NCBI GenBank assembly: GCA_023515725.1
Contig: JALDTO010000098.1
Location: 956,164-1,020,163, forward strand
Length of the DNA stretch: 64,000 nt
Direction of reading: 5' to 3'
Origin: Amoeboaphelidium protococcarum X5
Taxonomy: Eukaryota > Fungi > Aphelidiomycota
Below, in pieces: positions 62,601-64,000 of the stretch (its first letter is position 1; every line of letters begins with the position of its first letter). A program made the position numbers and the translations under genes. The notes beneath the pieces are model-generated. The model was not told the origin of the DNA, did no database searches, and worked only from the letters and a program-made list of their open reading frames with translations.

Positions 62601-63729
62601 AAGCCTCGAGGACACCGTTGAAATCAGCAACATCATCAACACCATCAATGTTCTTGTTACTGTTCTTCGTGAACTGATAGTCGTTCAAAGTCTCAGTCAA
62701 CAGCAGCTACTACTTCATCTACTCATTAGCTCCCTTGGTAAGCTGATAGAAGATGTGATAGTTTCTCTCCTTAGAAGTCTAGTGAGTGACACGAGACTTC
62801 TCCAACAGATAACGCTCGATGTTACCACTGGCAATATGACCGCTGCCACTAAACTCGATACGCACAAACTTACCGAAACGGGAAGAGTTGTTATTACGAA
62901 CAGTCTGAGCATTACCAAAAGACTCCAGAATAGGATTAGCCTGCAAAATCTACTGCTCCAACACACCAACCTTGCTATTCACCTTGGCATCAGTACCTGA
63001 AGCAATAGAGGTCAGATACTGAATGACCTTCTTGGTGTTCTCCGTCTTACCGGCACCAGACTCTCCAGTAATCAGAATACTCTAATTCTCACGATTCTAC
63101 ACCATGTCATGATAGGAAGCATCAGAGATGGCATAGATGTGAGGAGGCATCTCGACACGACGTTTGTTCTTGTACATCTGAACAACCTTGTCAGTGTAGA
63201 TAGGCAACTTGCGGTAAGGATTAATGGCCACCAGAAAGAGACCCGAGTAAGTGTAGATCAGATTGGAGAAGTAACGCTACTTCAGATTGTGCAAGACAGA
63301 GGCCTCATTCAGATAAGACAGCTCAGCCATGTCCTCAATCTTGTCATATTTTGGCGGATTCATCTTCTCGGTCTGGTTGATGTTCACAACGGCGGTTTTG
63401 CCTTCGCTAAACTCAACAGTCACCTCTTCGCCATTCTCGGCAACAATCGTGGCAGCAACATAGCCATCCTGCTGATTCTCCACCCAGACCCACTTTTTCT
63501 CAGCCCATGCAGCTTGGTCCACAGCATCGACCAGAAACTTTTTACCGCTGGTTCTCAAGTACTACTCAGCCTCAGCATCTACGATCTAATTCTTTGCATT
63601 GTTGGTCGGTCTACATTACATGTGATATCACACATGATAGAGTGAGATGATAATGATGACGAATTATAGTGATACTCAACTGGAAACTTACTATTACTCA
63701 ACCGCCTGTTTAGTTGCAGACGGAGCCAT
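56656..63729 (-). CDS. Myosin II heavy chain, ~2330 aa; intron 63611-63691
   Basis: [83 protein letters not shown], then a very long heptad coiled coil. Confidence 0.97.
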
Positions 63730-64000
63730 CGTTAACAACTTTACTGTATCAATCAATCAAGATATAAGGATATATAATCAATAAGAAATGAGAGTAATAT
63801 CAAAAGTGACAATGATAAATCTCTTGTTATATAACTCTTTCAAGCTGTTACTGGATGGAAAAGAAGATGAAAGTCTGAAACAACAACACAAATACAATCG
63901 TTCTATTGAAAATCCGTCCAAGAGAATTGAGATTTGTTTGTCGTTTATCGATTTCACTCTCAAACAACACACGCACGCACTTGCGATCAAACAAACGTCG

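Noticed and set aside
275-63990. Most short ORFs in the supplied track, and the idea that the genes are mass-pseudogenised
   Set aside because: They are standard-code fragments or antisense shadows. In table 6 the real genes are continuous and conserved.

Overview
Gene-dense eukaryotic (opisthokont, fungal-related) nuclear DNA read with a NON-STANDARD genetic code: TAA/TAG = Gln and only TGA = stop (NCBI table 6). The supplied standard-code ORF track therefore fragments every gene. Fungal-type genes, short GT-AG introns (about 45-80 nt) and TAR=Gln point to the aphelid Amoeboaphelidium protococcarum (inference). Re-read in table 6, the window holds about 22 host genes: ENPP, RGS protein, RRM protein, AMS1, uS5m, MSH5, GBF1/Gea, a small Tom6-like ORF, ZnT9, RluA-type pseudouridine synthase, MFS transporter, Nto1/BRPF, a 1749-aa helical-repeat protein, an IQCE-like protein, ABCG, Tem1/Spg1, Sec61a, IleRS, DMC1, an H1-like basic protein, PRMT5-like and myosin II. 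Accessory material comprises (i) an apparently intact ~1270-aa DDE/DxxH transposase of the DUF6729/Dada type, bracketed by an 11-bp direct repeat, hairpins and a repeated subterminal motif, (ii) a decayed Crinkler-type NTPase+REase gene, and (iii) a TGA-interrupted orphan region. The most interesting items are the Dada-like element with an unrecognised target site and a ZnT9 transporter carrying an N-terminal Myb/SANT domain. All translations were done by hand; exon boundaries and family calls need HMM/RNA-seq confirmation.
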